From Eledone cirrhosa (taxonomy: Eukaryota): 64,000 bases of DNA. The DNA lies in assembly GCA_964016885.1 (NCBI GenBank), contig OZ024740.1, forward strand, positions 416,392,001-416,456,000, written 5' to 3'. Within the stretch, counting starts at the first letter, position 1. Every line of letters begins with the position of its first letter. The notes under the pieces were generated by a model. The model was not told the DNA's origin. It saw only the letters and a program-made list of their open reading frames with translations, and ran no database searches. Positions 1 to 15,100 of the stretch are shown in pieces. Both the position numbers and the translations under genes were made by a program.

Positions 1-3000
1 TTAAAAGGATATTACCATACTCATTACACTTTATCATTAAAAGGCTATTACCATACTCATTACACGTTATCATTAAAAGGATATTACGATACTCATTACA
101 CGTTATCATTAAAAGGATATTACCATACTCATTACACGTTATCATTAAAAGGATATTACCATACTCATTACACGTTATCATTAAAAGGATATTACCATAC
201 TCATTACACGTTATCATTTAAAGGATATTACCATACTCATTACACGTTATCACTAAAAGGATATTACCATACTCATTACACGTTATCATTAAAAGAATAT
301 TACCATACTCATTACACTTTATCGTTAAAAGGCTATTACCACACTCATTACACGTTATCATTAAAAGGATATTACCATACTCATTACACGTTATCATTAA
401 AAGGATATTACCATACTCATTACACGTTATCATTAAAAGGATATTACCATACTCATTACACGTTATCATTAAAAGGATATTACCATACTCATTACACGTT
501 ATCATTAAAAGGATATTACCATACTCATTACACTTTATCATTAAAAGGCTATTACCATACTCATTACACGTTATCATTAAAAGGATATTACCATACTCAT
601 TACACGTTATCATTAAAAGGATATTACCATACTCATTACACTTTATCATTAAAAGGATATTACCATACTCATTACACGTTATCATTAAAAGGATATTACC
701 ATACTCATTACACGTTATCATTAAAAGGATATTACCATACTCATTACACTTTATCATTAAAAGGATATTACCATACTCATTACACTTTATCATTAAAAGG
801 ATATTACCATACTCATTACACGTTATCATTAAAAGGATATTACCATACTCATTACACGTTATCATTAAAAGGATATTACCATACTAATTACACTTTATCA
901 TTAAAAGGATATTACCATACTCATTACACGTTATCTTTAAAAGGATATTACCATACTCATTACACGTTATCATTAAAAGGATATTACCATACTCATTACA
1001 CTTTATCATTAAAAGGATATTACCATACTCATTACACTTTATCACTAAAAGGATATTACCATACTCATTACACTTTATAATTAAAAGGCTATTACCATAC
1101 TCATTACACTTTATCACTAAAAGGATATTACCATACTCATTACACTTTATCATTTAAAGGCTATTACCATACTCATTACACTTTATCATTAAAAGGATAT
1201 TACCATACTCATTACACTTTATCATTAAAAGGATATTACCATACTCATTACACTTTATCATTAAAAGGATATTACCATACTCATTACACTTTATCACTAA
1301 AAGGCTATTACCATACTCATTACACGTTATCATTAAAAGGATATTACCATACTCATTACACTTTATCACTAAAAGGATATTACCATACTCATTACACGTT
1401 ATCATTAAAGGGATATTACCATACTCATTACACTTTATAATTAAAAGGATATTACCATACTCATTACACTTTATCATTAAAAGGATATTACCATACTCAT
1501 TACACGTTATCATTAAAAGGATATTACCATACTCATTACACTTTATAATTAAAAGGATATTACCATACTCATTACACTTTATCATTAAAAGGCTATTACC
1601 ATACTCATTACACTTTACCATTAAAAGGATATTACCGTACTCATTACACTTTATCATTAAACGGATATTACCATACTCATTACACGTTATCACTAAAAGG
1701 ATGTTACCATACTCATTACACTTTATCATTAAAAGGCTATTACCATACTCATTACACTTTATCATTAAAAGGATATTACCATACTCATTACACTTTATCA
1801 TTAAAAGGATATTACCATACTCATTACACGTTATCACTAAAAGGATATTACCATACTCATTACACTTTATCATTAAAAGGCTATTACCATACTCATTACA
1901 CTTTATCATTAAAAGGATATTACCATACTCATTACACGTTATCACTAAAAGGATATTACCATACTCATTACACTTTATCATTAAAAGGCTATTACCATAC
2001 TCATTACACTTTATCACTAAAATGATATTACCATACTCATTACACTTTATCACTAAAATGATATTACCATACTCATTACACGTTATCATTAAAAGGATAT
2101 TACCATACTCATTACACTTTATCATTAAAAGGCTATTACCATACTCATTACACGTTATCATTAAAAGGATATTACCATACTCATTACACGTTATCATTAA
2201 AAGGATATTACCATACTCATTACACGTTATCACTAAAAGGATATTACCATACTCATTACACGTTATCATTAAAAGGATATTACCATACTCATTACACTTT
2301 ATCGTTAAAAGGCTATTACCATACTCATTACACGTTATCATTAAAAGGATATTACCATACTCATTACACGTTATCATTAAAAGGATATTACCATACTCAT
2401 TACACGTTATCATTAAAAGGATATTACCATACTCATTACACGTTATCATTAAAAGGATATTACCATACTCATTACACGTTATCATTAAAAGGATATTACC
2501 ATACTCATTACACTTTATCATTAAAAGGCTATTACCATACTCATTACACGTTATCATTAAAAGGATATTACCATACTCATTACACGTTATCATTAAAAGG
2601 ATATTACCATACTCATTACACGTTATCATTAAAAGGATATTACCATACTCATTACACGTTATCATTAAAAGGATATTACCATACTCATTACACGTTATCA
2701 TTAAAAGGATATTACCATACTCATTACACTTTATCATTAAAAGGATATTACCATACTCATTACACGTTATCATTAAAATGATATTACCATACACATTACA
2801 CTTTATCACTAAAAGGATATTACCATACTCATTACACTTTATCACTAAAAGGATATTACCATACTCATTACACGTTATCACTAAAAGGATATTACCATAC
2901 TCATTACACTTTATCACTAAAAGGATATTACCATACTCATTACACTTTATCATTAAAAGGATATTACCATACTCATTACACTTTATCATTAAAAGGATAT

Positions 3001-3132
3001 TACCATACTCATTACACTTTATCATTAAAAGGATATTACCATACTCATTACACTTTATCACTAAAAGGATATTACCATACTCATTACACGTTATCACTAA
3101 AAGGATATTACCATACTCATTACACTTTATCA
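1..3132. repeat. Variant domain B, copy 1 (rich in T1/G30 monomers, lacks the CCTTAC variant)
   Basis: Marker variants TTTAAAGG (~217, ~1153), ATCGTT (324, 2304), CTAATT (~886), CCGTAC (1637), AAAATGAT (~2023, ~2059). The same markers recur at +24876 and in 52-57 kb. Confidence 0.85.
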
Positions 3133-6100
3133 CTAAAAGGCTATTACCTTACTCATTACACTTTATCATTAAAAGGATATTACCATACTCATTACACTTT
3201 ATCATTAAAAGGATATTACCATACTCATTACACTTTATCATTAAAAGGATATTACCATACTCATTACACGTTATCACTAAAAGGATATTACCATACTCAT
3301 TACACTTTATCACTAAAAGGCTATTACCTTACTCATTACACTTTATCATTAAAAGGATATTACCATACTCATTACACTTTATCATTAAAAGGATATTACC
3401 ATACTCATTACACGTTATCACTAAAAGGATATTACCATACTCATTACACTTTATCACTAAAAGGCTATTACCTTACTCATTACACTTTATCATTAAAAGG
3501 ATATTACCATACTCATTACACTTTATCATTAAAAGGCTATTACCTTACTCATTACACTTTATCATTAAAAGGATATTACCATACTCATTACACTTTATCA
3601 TTAAAAGGATATTACCATACTCATTACACGTTATCACTAAAAGGATATTACCATACTCATTACACTTTATCACTAAAAGGCTATTACCTTACTCATTACA
3701 CTTTATCATTAAAAGGATATTACCATACTCATTACACTTTATCATTAAAAGGATATTACCATACTCATTACACGTTATCACTAAAAGGATATTACCATAC
3801 TCATTACACGTTATCACTAAAAGGCTATTACCATACTCATTAGACTTTATCACTAAAAGGATATTACCATACTCATTACACTTTATCATTAAAAGGATAT
3901 TACCATACTCATTACACTTTATCATTAAAAGGATATTACCATACTCATTACACGTTATCACTAAAAGGATATTACCATACTCATTACACTTTATCATTAA
4001 AAGGATATTACCATACTCATTACACGTTATCACTAAAAGGATATTAGCATACTCATTACACTTTATCATTAAAAGGATATTACCATACTCATTACATGTT
4101 ATCATTAAAAGGATATTACCATACTCATTACACGTTATCACTAAAAGGCTATTACCATACTCATTACACTTTAACATTAAAAGGATATTACCATACTCAT
4201 TACACTTTATCACTAAAAGGATATTACCATACTCATTACACGTTATCACTAAAAGGATATTACCATACTCATTACACTTTATCATTAAAAGGATATTACC
4301 ATACTCATTACATGTTATCATTAAAAGGATATTACCATACTCATTACACGTTATCACTAAAAGGCTATTACCATACTCATTACACTTTATCATTAAAAGG
4401 ATATTACCATACTCATTACACTTTATCACTAAAAGGATATTACCATACTCATTACACGTTATCACTAAAAGGATATTACCATACTCATTACACTTTATCA
4501 CTAAAAGGCTATTACCTTACTCATTACACTTTATCATTAAAAGGATATTACCATACTCATTACACTTTATCATTAAAAGGATATTACCATACTCATTACA
4601 CTTTATCATTAAAAGGATATTACCATACTCATTACACGTTATCACTAAAAGGATATTACCATACTCATTACACTTTATCACTAAAAGGCTATTACCTTAC
4701 TCATTACACTTTATCATTAAAAGGATATTACCATACTCATTACACTTTATCATTAAAAGGATATTACCATACTCATTACACGTTATCACTAAAAGGATAT
4801 TACCATACTCATTACACTTTATCACTAAAAGGCTATTACCTTACTCATTACACTTTATCATTAAAAGGATATTACCATACTCATTACACTTTATCATTAA
4901 AAGGCTATTACCTTACTCATTACACTCTATCATTAAAAGGATATTACCATACTCATTACACTTTATCATTAAAAGGATATTACCATACTCATTACACGTT
5001 ATCACTAAAAGGATATTACCATACTCATTACACTTTATCACTAAAAGGCTATTACCTTACTCATTACACTTTATCATTAAAAGGATATTACCATACTCAT
5101 TACACTTTATCATTAAAAGGATATTACCATACTCATTACACGTTATCACTAAAAGGATATTACCATACTCATTACACGTTATCACTAAAAGGCTATTACC
5201 ATACTCATTACACTTTATCACTAAAAGGATATTACCATACTCATTACACTTTATCATTAAAAGGATATTACCATACTCATTACACTTTATCATTAAAAGG
5301 ATATTACCATACTCATTACACGTTATCACTAAAAGGATATTACCATACTCATTACACTTTATCATTAAAAGGATATTACCATACTCATTACACGTTATCA
5401 CTAAAAGGATATTACCATACTCATTACATTTTATCATTAAAAGGATATTACCATACTCATTACATGTTATCATTAAAAGGATATTACCATACTCATTACA
5501 CGTTATCACTAAAAGGATATTACCATACTCATTACACTTTATCATTAAAAGGATATTACCATACTCATTACACGTTATCACTAAAAGGATATTACCATAC
5601 TCATTACACTTTATCATTAAAAGGATATTACCATACTCATTACACTTTATCATTAAAAGGATATTACCATACTCATTACACGTTATCACTAAAAGGATAT
5701 TACCATACTCATTACACTTTATCATTGAAAGGATATTACCATACTCATTACACGTTATCACTAAAAGGATACTACCATACTCATTACACTTTATCATTAA
5801 AAGGATATTACCATACTCATTACATGTTATCATTAAAAGGATATTACCACACTCATTACACGTTATCACTAAAAGGATATTACCATACTCATTACACTTT
5901 ATAATTAAAAGGCTACGACCATACTCATTACACTTTATCACTAAAAGGATATTACCATACTCATTACACTTTATCAATAAAAGGATATTACCATACTCAT
6001 TACACGTTATCACTAAAAGGATATTACCATACTCATTAAACTTTATAATTAAAAGGCTATTACCATACTCATTACATTTTATCACTAAAAGGATATTACC

Positions 6101-9100
6101 ATACTCATTACAGGTTATCAATAAAAGGATATTACCATACTCATTACACGTTATCATTAAAAGGATATTACCATACTCATTACACTTTATCATTAAAAGG
6201 CTATTACCATACGCATTATACGTTATCATTAAAAGGATATTACCATACTCATTACACGTTATCACTAAAAGGATATTACCATACTCATTACACTTTATCA
6301 TTAAAAGGATATTACCATACTCATTACACTTTATCACTAAAAGGATATTACCATACTCATTACACTTTATCATTAAAAGGCTATTACCATACGCATTACA
6401 ATTTATCATTAAAAGGATATTACCATACTCATTACACGTTATCATTAAAAGGATATTACCATACTCATTACACTTTATAATTAAAAGGCTATTACCATAC
6501 TCATTACACTTTATCACTAAAAGGATATTACCATACTCATTACACTTTATCATTAAAAGGCTATTACCTTACTCATTACACTTTATCATTAAAAGGATAT
6601 TACCATACTCATTACACTTTATCATTAAAAGGATATTACCATACTCATTACACGTTATCACTAAAAGGATATTACCATACTCATTACACTTTATCACTAA
6701 AAGGCTATTACCTTACTCATTACACTTTATCATTAAAAGGATATTACCATACTCATTACACTTTATCATTAAAAGGCTATTACCTTACTCATTACACTTT
6801 ATCATTAAAAGGATATTACCATACTCATTACACTTTATCATTAAAAGGATATTACCATACTCATTACACGTTATCACTAAAAGGATATTACCATACTCAT
6901 TACACTTTATCACTAAAAGGCTATTACCTTACTCATTACACTTTATCATTAAAAGGATATTACCATACTCATTACACTTTATCATTAAAAGGATATTACC
7001 ATACTCATTACACGTTATCACTAAAAGGATATTACCATACTCATTACACGTTATCACTAAAAGGCTATTACCATACTCATTACACTTTATCACTAAAAGG
7101 ATATTACCATACTCATTACACTTTATCATTAAAAGGATATTACCATACTCATTACACTTTATCATTAAAAGCATATTACCATACTCATTACACTTTATTA
7201 TTAAAAGGATATTACCATACTCATAACACTTTATCATTAAAAGGATATTACCATACTCATTACATGTTATCATTAAAAGGATATTACCATACTCATTACA
7301 CGTTATCACTAAAAGGATATTACCATACTCATTACACTTTATCATTAAAAGGATATTACCATACTCATTACACGTTATCACTAAAAGGATATTACCATAC
7401 TCATTACACTTTATCATTAAAAGGATATTACCATACTCATTACACTTTATCATTAAAAGGATATTACCATACTCATTACACGTTATCACTAAAAGGATAT
7501 TACCATACTCATTACACTTTATCATTGAAAGGATATTACCATACTCATTACACGTTATCACTAAAAGGATACTACCATACTCATTACACTTTATCATTAA
7601 AAGGATATTACCATACTCATTACATGTTATCATTAAAAGGATATTACCACACTCATTACACGTTATCACTAAAAGGATATTACCATACTCATTACACTTT
7701 ATAATTAAAAGGCTATTACCATACTCATTACACGTTATCACTAAAAGGATATTACCATACTCATTACACTTTATCATTAAAAGGATATTACCATACTCAT
7801 TACACTTTATCATTAAAAGGATATTACCATACTCATTACACGTTATCACTAAAAGGATATTACCATACTCATTACACTTTATCATTGAAAGGATATTACC
7901 ATACTCATTACACGTTATCACTAAAAGGATACTACCATACTCATTACACTTTATCATTAAAAGGATATTACCATACTCATTACATGTTATCATTAAAAGG
8001 ATATTACCACACTCATTACACGTTATCACTAAAAGTATATTACCATACTCATTACACTTTATAATTAAAAGGCTATTACCATACTCATTACACTTTATCA
8101 CTAAAAGGATATTACCATACTCATTACACTTTATCATTGAAAGGATATTACCATACTCATTACACGTTATCACTAAAAGGATACTACCATACTCATTACA
8201 CTTTATCATTAAAAGGATATTACCATACTCATTACATGTTATCATTAAAAGGATATTACCACACTCATTACACGTTATCACTAAAAGGATATTACCATAC
8301 TCATTACACTTTATAATTAAAAGGCTATTACCATACTCATTACACGTTATCACTAAAAGGATATTACCATACTCATTACACTTTATCATTAAAAGGATAT
8401 TACCATACTCATTACACTTTATCATTAAAAGGATATTACCATACTCATTACACGTTATCACTAAAAGGATATTACCATACTCATTACACTTTATCATTGA
8501 AAGGATATTACCATACTCATTACACGTTATCACTAAAAGGATACTACCATACTCATTACACTTTATCATTAAAAGGATATTACCATACTCATTACATGTT
8601 ATCATTAAAAGGATATTACCACACTCATTACACGTTATCACTAAAAGGATATTACCATACTCATTACACTTTATAATTAAAAGGCTATTACCATACTCAT
8701 TACACTTTATCACTAAAAGGATATTACCATACTCATTACACTTTATCAATAAAAGGATATTACCATACTCATTACACGTTATCACTAAAAGGATATTACC
8801 ATACTCATTAAACTTTATAATTAAAAGGCTATTACCATACTCATTACATTTTATCACTAAAAGGATATTACCATACTCATTACACGTTATCAATAAAAGG
8901 ATATTACCATACTCATTACACTTTATCATTAAAAGGCTATTACCATACGCATTATACGTTATCATTAAAAGGATATTACCATACTCATTACACGTTATCA
9001 CTAAAAGGATATTACCATACTCATTACACTTTATCATTAAAAGGATATTACCATACTCATTACACTTTATCACTAAAAGGATATTACCATACTCATTACA

Positions 9101-12100
9101 CTTTATCATTAAAAGGCTATTACCATACGCATTACAATTTATCATTAAAAGGATATTACCATACTCATTACACGTTATCATTAAAAGGATATTACCATAC
9201 TCATTACACTTTATAATTAAAAGGCTATTACCATACTCATTACACTTTATCACTAAAAGGATATTACCATGCTCATTACACTTTATCATTAAAAGGCTAT
9301 TACCTTACTCATTACACTTTATCATTAAAAGGATATTACCATACTCATTACACTTTATCATTAAAAGGATATTACCATACTCATTACACGTTATCACTAA
9401 AAGGATATTACCATACTCATTACACTTTATCACTAAAAGGCTATTACCTTACTCATTACACTTTATCATTAAAAGGATATTACCATACTCATTACACTTT
9501 ATCATTAAAAGGCTATTACCTTACTCATTACACTTTATCATTAAAAGGATATTACCATACTCATTACACTTTATCATTAAAAGGATATTACCATACTCAT
9601 TACACGTTATCACTAAAAGGATATTACCATACTCATTACACTTTATCACTAAAAGGCTATTACCTTACTCATTACACTTTATCATTAAAAGGATATTACC
9701 ATACTCATTACACTTTATCATTAAAAGGATATTACCATACTCATTACACGTTATCACTAAAAGGATATTACCATACTCATTACACGTTATCACTAAAAGG
9801 CTATTACCATACTCATTACACTTTATCACTAAAAGGATATTACCATACTCATTACACTTTATCATTAAAAGGATATTACCATACTCATTACACTTTATCA
9901 TTAAAAGGATATTACCATACTCATTACACTTTATCATTAAAAGGATATTACCATACTCATAACACTTTATCATTAAAAGGATATTACCATACTCATTACA
10001 CGTTATCACTAAAAGGATATTACCATACTCATTACACTTTATCATTAAAAGGATATTACCATACTCATTACATGTTATCATTAAAAGGATATTACCATAC
10101 TCATTACACGTTATCACTAAAAGGATATTACCATACTCATTACACTTTATCATTAAAAGGATATTACCATACTCATTACACGTTATCACTAAAAGAATAT
10201 TACCATACTCATTACACTTTATCATTAAAAGGATATTACCATACTCATTACACTTTATCATTAAAAGGATATTACCATACTCATTACACGTTATCACTAA
10301 AAGGATATTACCATACTCATTACACTTTATCATTAAAAGGATATTACCATACTCATTACACTTTATCATTAAAAGGATATTACCATACTCATTACACGTT
10401 ATCACTAAAAGGATATTACCATACTCATTACACTTTATCATTGAAAGGATATTACCATACTCATTACACGTTATCACTAAAAGGATACTACCATACTCAT
10501 TACACTTTATCATTAAAAGGATATTACCATACTCATTACATGTTATCATTAAAAGGATATTACCACACTCATTACACGTTATCACTAAAAGGATATTACC
10601 ATACTCATTACACTTTATAATTAAAAGGCTATTACCATACTCATTACACTTTATCACTAAAAGGATATTACCATACTCATTACACTTTATCAATAAAAGG
10701 ATATTACCATACTCATTACACGTTATCACTAAAAGGATATTACCATACTCATTAAACTTTATAATTAAAAGGCTATTACCATACTCATTACATTTTATCA
10801 CTAAAAGGATATTACCATACTCATTACACGTTATCAATAAAAGGATATTACCATACTCATTACACGTTATCATTAAAAGGATATTACCATACTCATTACA
10901 CTTTATCATTAAAAGGCTATTACCATACGCATTATACGTTATCATTAAAAGGATATTACCATACTCATTACACGTTATCACTAAAAGGATATTACCATAC
11001 TCATTACACTTTATCATTAAAAGGATATTACCATACTCATTACACTTTATCACTAAAAGGATATTACCATACTCATTACACTTTATCATTAAAAGGCTAT
11101 TACCATACGCATTACAATTTATCATTAAAAGGATATTACCATACTCATTACACGTTATCATTAAAAGGATATTACCATACTCATTACACTTTATAATTAA
11201 AAGGCTATTACCATACTCATTACACTTTATCACTAAAAGGATATTACCATACTCATTACACTTTATCATTAAAAGGCTATTACCTTACTCATTACACTTT
11301 ATCATTAAAAGGATATTACCATACTCATTACACTTTATCATTAAAAGGATATTACCATACTCATTACACGTTATCACTAAAAGGATATTACCATACTCAT
11401 TACACTTTATCACTAAAAGGCTATTACCTTACTCATTACACTTTATCATTAAAAGGATATTACCATACTCATTACACTTTATCATTAAAAGGCTATTACC
11501 TTACTCATTACACTTTATCATTAAAAGGATATTACCATACTCATTACACTTTATCATTAAAAGGATATTACCATACTCATTACACGTTATCACTAAAAGG
11601 ATATTACCATACTCATTACACTTTATCACTAAAAGGCTATTACCTTACTCATTACACTTTATCATTAAAAGGATATTACCATACTCATTACACTTTATCA
11701 TTAAAAGGATATTACCATACTCATTACACGTTATCACTAAAAGGATATTACCATACTCATTACACGTTATCACTAAAAGGCTATTACCATACTCATTACA
11801 CTTTATCACTAAAAGGATATTACCATACTCATTACACTTTATCATTAAAAGGATATTACCATACTCATTACACTTTATCATTAAAAGCATATTACCATAC
11901 TCATTACACTTTATTATTAAAAGGATATTACCATACTCATAACACTTTATCATTAAAAGGATATTACCATACTCATTACATGTTATCATTAAAAGGATAT
12001 TACCATACTCATTACACGTTATCACTAAAAGGATATTACCATACTCATTACACTTTATCATTAAAAGGATATTACCATACTCATTACACGTTATCACTAA

Positions 12101-15100
12101 AAGGATATTACCATACTCATTACACTTTATCATTAAAAGGATATTACCATACTCATTACACTTTATCATTAAAAGGATATTACCATACTCATTACACGTT
12201 ATCACTAAAAGGATATTACCATACTCATTACACTTTATCATTGAAAGGATATTACCATACTCATTACACGTTATCACTAAAAGGATACTACCATACTCAT
12301 TACACTTTATCATTAAAAGGATATTACCATACTCATTACATGTTATCATTAAAAGGATATTACCACACTCATTACACGTTATCACTAAAAGGATATTACC
12401 ATACTCATTACACTTTATAATTAAAAGGCTATTACCATACTCATTACACTTTATCACTAAAAGGATATTACCATACTCATTACACTTTATCAATAAAAGG
12501 ATATTACCATACTCATTACACGTTATCACTAAAAGGATATTACCATACTCATTAAACTTTATAATTAAAAGGCTATTACCATACTCATTACATTTTATCA
12601 CTAAAAGGATATTACCATACTCATTACACGTTATCAATAAAAGGATATTACCATACTCATTACACTTTATCATTAAAAGGCTATTACCATACGCATTATA
12701 CGTTATCATTAAAAGGATATTACCATACTCATTACACGTTATCACTAAAAGGATATTACCATACTCATTACACTTTATCATTAAAAGGATATTACCATAC
12801 TCATTACACTTTATCACTAAAAGGATATTACCATACTCATTACACTTTATCATTAAAAGGCTATTACCATACGCATTACAATTTATCATTAAAAGGATAT
12901 TACCATACTCATTACACGTTATCATTAAAAGGATATTACCATACTCATTACACTTTATAATTAAAAGGCTATTACCATACTCATTACACTTTATCACTAA
13001 AAGGATATTACCATGCTCATTACACTTTATCATTAAAAGGCTATTACCTTACTCATTACACTTTATCATTAAAAGGATATTACCATACTCATTACACTTT
13101 ATCATTAAAAGGATATTACCATACTCATTACACGTTATCACTAAAAGGATATTACCATACTCATTACACTTTATCACTAAAAGGCTATTACCTTACTCAT
13201 TACACTTTATCATTAAAAGGATATTACCATACTCATTACACTTTATCATTAAAAGGCTATTACCTTACTCATTACACTTTATCATTAAAAGGATATTACC
13301 ATACTCATTACACTTTATCATTAAAAGGATATTACCATACTCATTACACGTTATCACTAAAAGGATATTACCATACTCATTACACTTTATCACTAAAAGG
13401 CTATTACCTTACTCATTACACTTTATCATTAAAAGGATATTACCATACTCATTACACTTTATCATTAAAAGGATATTACCATACTCATTACACGTTATCA
13501 CTAAAAGGATATTACCATACTCATTACACGTTATCACTAAAAGGCTATTACCATACTCATTACACTTTATCACTAAAAGGATATTACCATACTCATTACA
13601 CTTTATCATTAAAAGGATATTACCATACTCATTACACTTTATCATTAAAAGGATATTACCATACTCATTACACTTTATCATTAAAAGGATATTACCATAC
13701 TCATAACACTTTATCATTAAAAGGATATTACCATACTCATTACACGTTATCACTAAAAGGATATTACCATACTCATTACACTTTATCATTAAAAGGATAT
13801 TACCATACTCATTACATGTTATCATTAAAAGGATATTACCATACTCATTACACGTTATCACTAAAAGGATATTACCATACTCATTACACTTTATCATTAA
13901 AAGGATAGTACCATACTCATTACACGTTATCACTAAAAGAATATTACCATACTCATTACACTTTATCATTAAAAGGATATTACCATACTCATTACACTTT
14001 ATCATTAAAAGGATATTACCATACTCATTACACGTTATCACTAAAAGGATATTACCATACTCATTACACTTTATCATTAAAAGGATATTACCATACTCAT
14101 TACACTTTATCATTAAAAGGATATTACCATACTCATTACACGTTATCACTAAAAGGATATTACCATACTCATTACACTTTATCATTGAAAGGATATTACC
14201 ATACTCATTACACGTTATCACTAAAAGGATACTACCATACTCATTACACTTTATCATTAAAAGGATATTACCATACTCATTACATGTTATCATTAAAAGG
14301 ATATTACCACACTCATTACACGTTATCACTAAAAGGATATTACCATACTCATTACACTTTATAATTAAAAGGCTATTACCATACTCATTACACTTTATCA
14401 CTAAAAGGATATTACCATACTCATTACACTTTATCAATAAAAGGATATTACCATACTCATTACACGTTATCACTAAAAGGATATTACCATACTCATTAAA
14501 CTTTATAATTAAAAGGCTATTACCATACTCATTACATTTTATCACTAAAAGGATATTACCATACTCATTACACGTTATCAATAAAAGGATATTACCATAC
14601 TCATTACACGTTATCATTAAAAGGATATTACCATACTCATTACACTTTATCATTAAAAGGCTATTACCATACGCATTATACGTTATCATTAAAAGGATAT
14701 TACCATACTCATTACACGTTATCACTAAAAGGATATTACCATACTCATTACACTTTATCATTAAAAGGATATTACCATACTCATTACACTTTATCACTAA
14801 AAGGATATTACCATACTCATTACACTTTATCATTAAAAGGCTATTACCATACGCATTACAATTTATCATTAAAAGGATATTACCATACTCATTACACGTT
14901 ATCATTAAAAGGATATTACCATACTCATTACACTTTATAATTAAAAGGCTATTACCATACTCATTACACTTTATCACTAAAAGGATATTACCATACTCAT
15001 TACACTTTATCATTAAAAGGCTATTACCTTACTCATTACACTTTATCATTAAAAGGATATTACCATACTCATTACACTTTATCATTAAAAGGATATTACC

